Source: Nemertoderma westbladi | Taxonomy: Eukaryota > Animalia > Xenacoelomorpha | Assembly: GCA_032718475.1 (NCBI GenBank) | Contig: JAUCBJ010000570.1 | Coordinates: 1-64,000 of the forward strand | DNA: 64,000 bases | Direction of reading: 5' to 3' | Shown: in pieces, positions 61,601 through 64,000 of the stretch | How the letters are laid out: every line of letters begins with the position of its first letter | Numbering within the stretch: the first letter of the stretch is position 1 | Translations under genes and position numbers: made by a program | The notes under the pieces: generated by a model | Told to the model about the DNA's origin: nothing | Seen by the model: the letters and a program-made list of their open reading frames with translations, nothing else | Database searches by the model: none

Positions 61601-62409
61601 TATAACTACGGTACCGGTATACCAACTTGTTTATTTATCTTCTATAACTACGGTACCAGTATACCAACCTGTTTATTTATCTTCTATAACTACGGTACCG
61701 GTATACCAACTTGTTCTTTATCTTCTTTAACTACGGTACCGGTATACCAACTTGTTCTTTATCTTCTATAACTACGGTAGCAGTATACCAACTTGTTCTT
61801 TATCTTCTATAACTACGGTACCAGTATACCAACTTGTTCTTATCTTCTATAACTACGGTACCGGTATACCAACCTGTTCTTTATCTTCTATAACTACGCT
61901 ACCAGTATACCAACTTGTTCTTATCTTCTATAACTACGGTACCGGTACCAACCTGTTTATTTATCTTCTATAACTACGGTACCGGTACCAACCTGTTTAT
62001 TTATCTTATATAACTACGGTACCGGTATACCAACTAGTTCTTTATCTTCTATAACTACGGTACCAGTATACCAACTTGTTCTTTATCTTCTATAACTGCG
62101 GTACCAGTATACCAACTTGTTCTTTATCTTCTTTAACTACGGTACCAGTATACCAACTTGTTCTTTATCTTCTATAGCTGCGGTACCAGTATACCAACTT
62201 GTTCTTTATCTTCTTTAACTACGGTACCAGTATACCAACTTGTTCTTTATCTTCTATAACTACGGTACCGGTATACCAACTTGTTCTTTATCTTCTATAA
62301 CTACGGTACCGGTATACCAACTTGTTCTTTATCTTCTTTAACTGCGGTACCAGTATATCAACCTCTTCTTTATCTTCTTTAACTACAGTACCGGTATACC
62401 AACCTGTTC
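58672..62409. repeat. 41-bp minisatellite (TTGTTCTTTATCTTCTATAACTACGGTACCGGTATACCAAC), about 90 units, intronic
   Basis: Direct reading; shorter and longer variant units in higher-order blocks at 58700-60150. Confidence 0.97.
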
Positions 62410-62514
62410 GTGTTCATCTTGCAGTGCGCGTTCAGCCCCCTCATGACTCTCTTCGAGCTGCGCTTCCTTCATCTGGTGAAAGGATTCCAAATTTTTTCTC
62501 GCCATAACAGCGGA
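62404..62514 (-). CDS. PLCB: PLC-beta C-terminal coiled-coil exon
   Basis: TTTATTTTTACAG|TCC...CAG|GTTGGT; 37 codons SAVMARKNLESFHQMKEAQLEESHEGAERALQDEHEQ; phase 0-0. Confidence 0.72.
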
Positions 62515-62627
62515 CTGTAAAAAATAAATGTAAAAAGTATCAGTTTGTAAACACTATGGATGGATACTGACACAACAATACAGTGTATAGTTACAAATGC
62601 GATGTAATAATAATTAATAGGGTTTAC

Positions 62628-62772
62628 TTGTATATGTCTGTTCTTGCATTCCCTCTTCAATCTATGGAGTTCTCCTTTGCTCTTCTTGGAAACAGAATCA
62701 GCCCCACTTTCTATGTGTTTCAAATCTAACTGACTATGTTTAGACAATCGTTTCTTTAGGTCTTGTAGTTCT
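62628..62772 (-). CDS. PLCB: PLC-beta C-terminal coiled-coil exon
   Basis: TGTTTGCAG|A...CAA|GTAAAC; phase 2-0; ELQDLKKRLSKHSQLDLKHIE...KSKGELHRLKRECKNRHIQ resembles the distal C-terminal domain of PLC-beta (recognised from memory, not searched). Confidence 0.72.
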
Positions 62773-62995
62773 CTGCAAACATTAAATAATACAATTAAAC
62801 TATTAGAAATTAGAATGAAACATTAGAATGAAACTATCTGGTCTACATTAAATTACATACGGTACTTCATTCAGTGCTTATTTTTTCTGGTATTGTCTTA
62901 AAGCAGCTTAACCAATTCGGTTTTAATCAAGAATACAATTACCATAATACAGTATGTATGCCATAGATTGGGTTGATAGAACGCCTACAACTAAC

Positions 62996-63119
62996 CTGTT
63001 GTTATCCTTAGCTAACTTCTTACATTGTTTATCGTTGATACTAGCTAGTAATTCCGATAAAACTTCAAATTCCCGGTACTCCTGATCACCTTTCAGTTTG
63101 CAGTAAACCCTCAGAGCTT
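62996..63119 (-). CDS. PLCB: PLC-beta C-terminal exon (5' boundary uncertain)
   Basis: TTGATTTTAG|AA...AACAG|GTTAGT; ALRVYCKLKGDQEYREFEVLSELLASINDKQCKKLAKDNN(R). Its phase-2 end matches the next exon. Confidence 0.65.
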
Positions 63120-64000
63120 CTAAAATCAACAATAGTAAACCCTGAGAGCTTTAAAAGCAACAATAGTAAACCCTGAGAGCTTTAAAAGCAACAATAGTAA
63201 ACCCTGAGAGCTTTAAAAGCAACAATAGTAAACCACGAGAGCTTCTAAAATCAACAATAGTAAACCCTGAGAGCTTTAAAAGCAACAATAGTAAACCCTC
63301 AGAGCTTCTAAAAGCAACAATAGTAAACCCTGAGAGCTTCTAAAAGCAACAATAGTAAACCATGAGAGCTTCTAAAATCGACAATAGTAAACCCTGAGAG
63401 CTTTAAAAGCAACAATTGTAAACCCTCAGAGCTTCTAAAATCAACAATAGTAAACCCTGAGAGCTTTAAAAGCAACAATAGTAAACCCTGAGAGCTTTAA
63501 AAGCAACAATAGTAAACCCTGAGAGCTTTAAAAGCAACAATAGTAAACCATGAGAGCTTCTAAAATCAACAATAGTAAACCCTGAGAGCTTTAAAAGCAA
63601 CAATAGTAAACCCTGAGAGCTTCTAAAAGCAACAATAGTAAACCCTGAAAGCAACTAAAAGCAACAATAGTAAACCCTGATAGCTTCTAAAAGCAACAAT
63701 AGTAAACCATGATAGCTTCTAAAAGCAACAATAGTAAAAACTGAGAGCTTCTAAAAGTAACAATAGTAAACCCTGAGAGCTTTAAAAGCAACAATAGTAA
63801 ACCCTGATAGCTTTAAATGCAAAAATAGTAAACCCTGAGAGCTTCTAAAAGCAACAATAGTAAACCCTGAAAGCAACTAAAAGCAACAATAGTAAACCCT
63901 GATAGCTTCTAAAAGCAACAATAGTAAACCATGATAGCTTCTAAAAGCAACAATAGTAAACACTGAGAGCTTCTAAAAGTAACAATAGTAAACCCTGAGA
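63102..64000. repeat. 31/32-bp minisatellite (GAGAGCTT(C)TAAAAGCAACAATAGTAAACCCT), at least 28 units, runs off the window
   Basis: Direct reading. Confidence 0.96.

Noticed and set aside
1-63119. Functional clustering of a Gq-type receptor with PLC-beta
   Set aside because: They are 55 kb apart with unrelated genes between; no evidence beyond pathway coincidence.
58672-64000. Arrays as CRISPR-like loci
   Set aside because: Units are contiguous without unique spacers, there are no cas genes, and the context is eukaryotic.

Overview
AT-rich, repeat-dense animal (invertebrate-type) genomic DNA with spliceosomal introns; not prokaryotic. Host genes: a two-exon bombesin/CCHamide-type GPCR (minus, 1938 running off the left edge), intronless eIF1/SUI1 (50553-50900), intronless AK6/Fap7 (52325-52846), and the last four exons of a probable phospholipase C-beta on the minus strand (63119-57280), which the ORF track largely misses. 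Mobile DNA: one intact, apparently very young BEL/Pao LTR retrotransposon (10740-21985), an RTE-clade LINE family in at least six copies (one near full-length copy inserted antisense into an older copy of itself), and several non-autonomous TIR elements (hAT, MULE, Tc1/mariner-like). Two patterns stand out. First, most minisatellites appear to have arisen at functional junctions: a 41-bp array repeats a PLC-beta splice donor, a 31/32-bp array repeats a PLC-beta splice acceptor, a 24-bp array grows from the LINE RT motif at a truncation point, and a 22-bp array grows from a LINE tail. Second, the abundant words TAGGCCTA and TACAGTA/TACTGTA occur as insertions at TA sites in two LINE copies, which suggests they (and probably TACCGGTA) are transposon excision footprints. 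All calls were made by eye, without database searches; counts are approximate.
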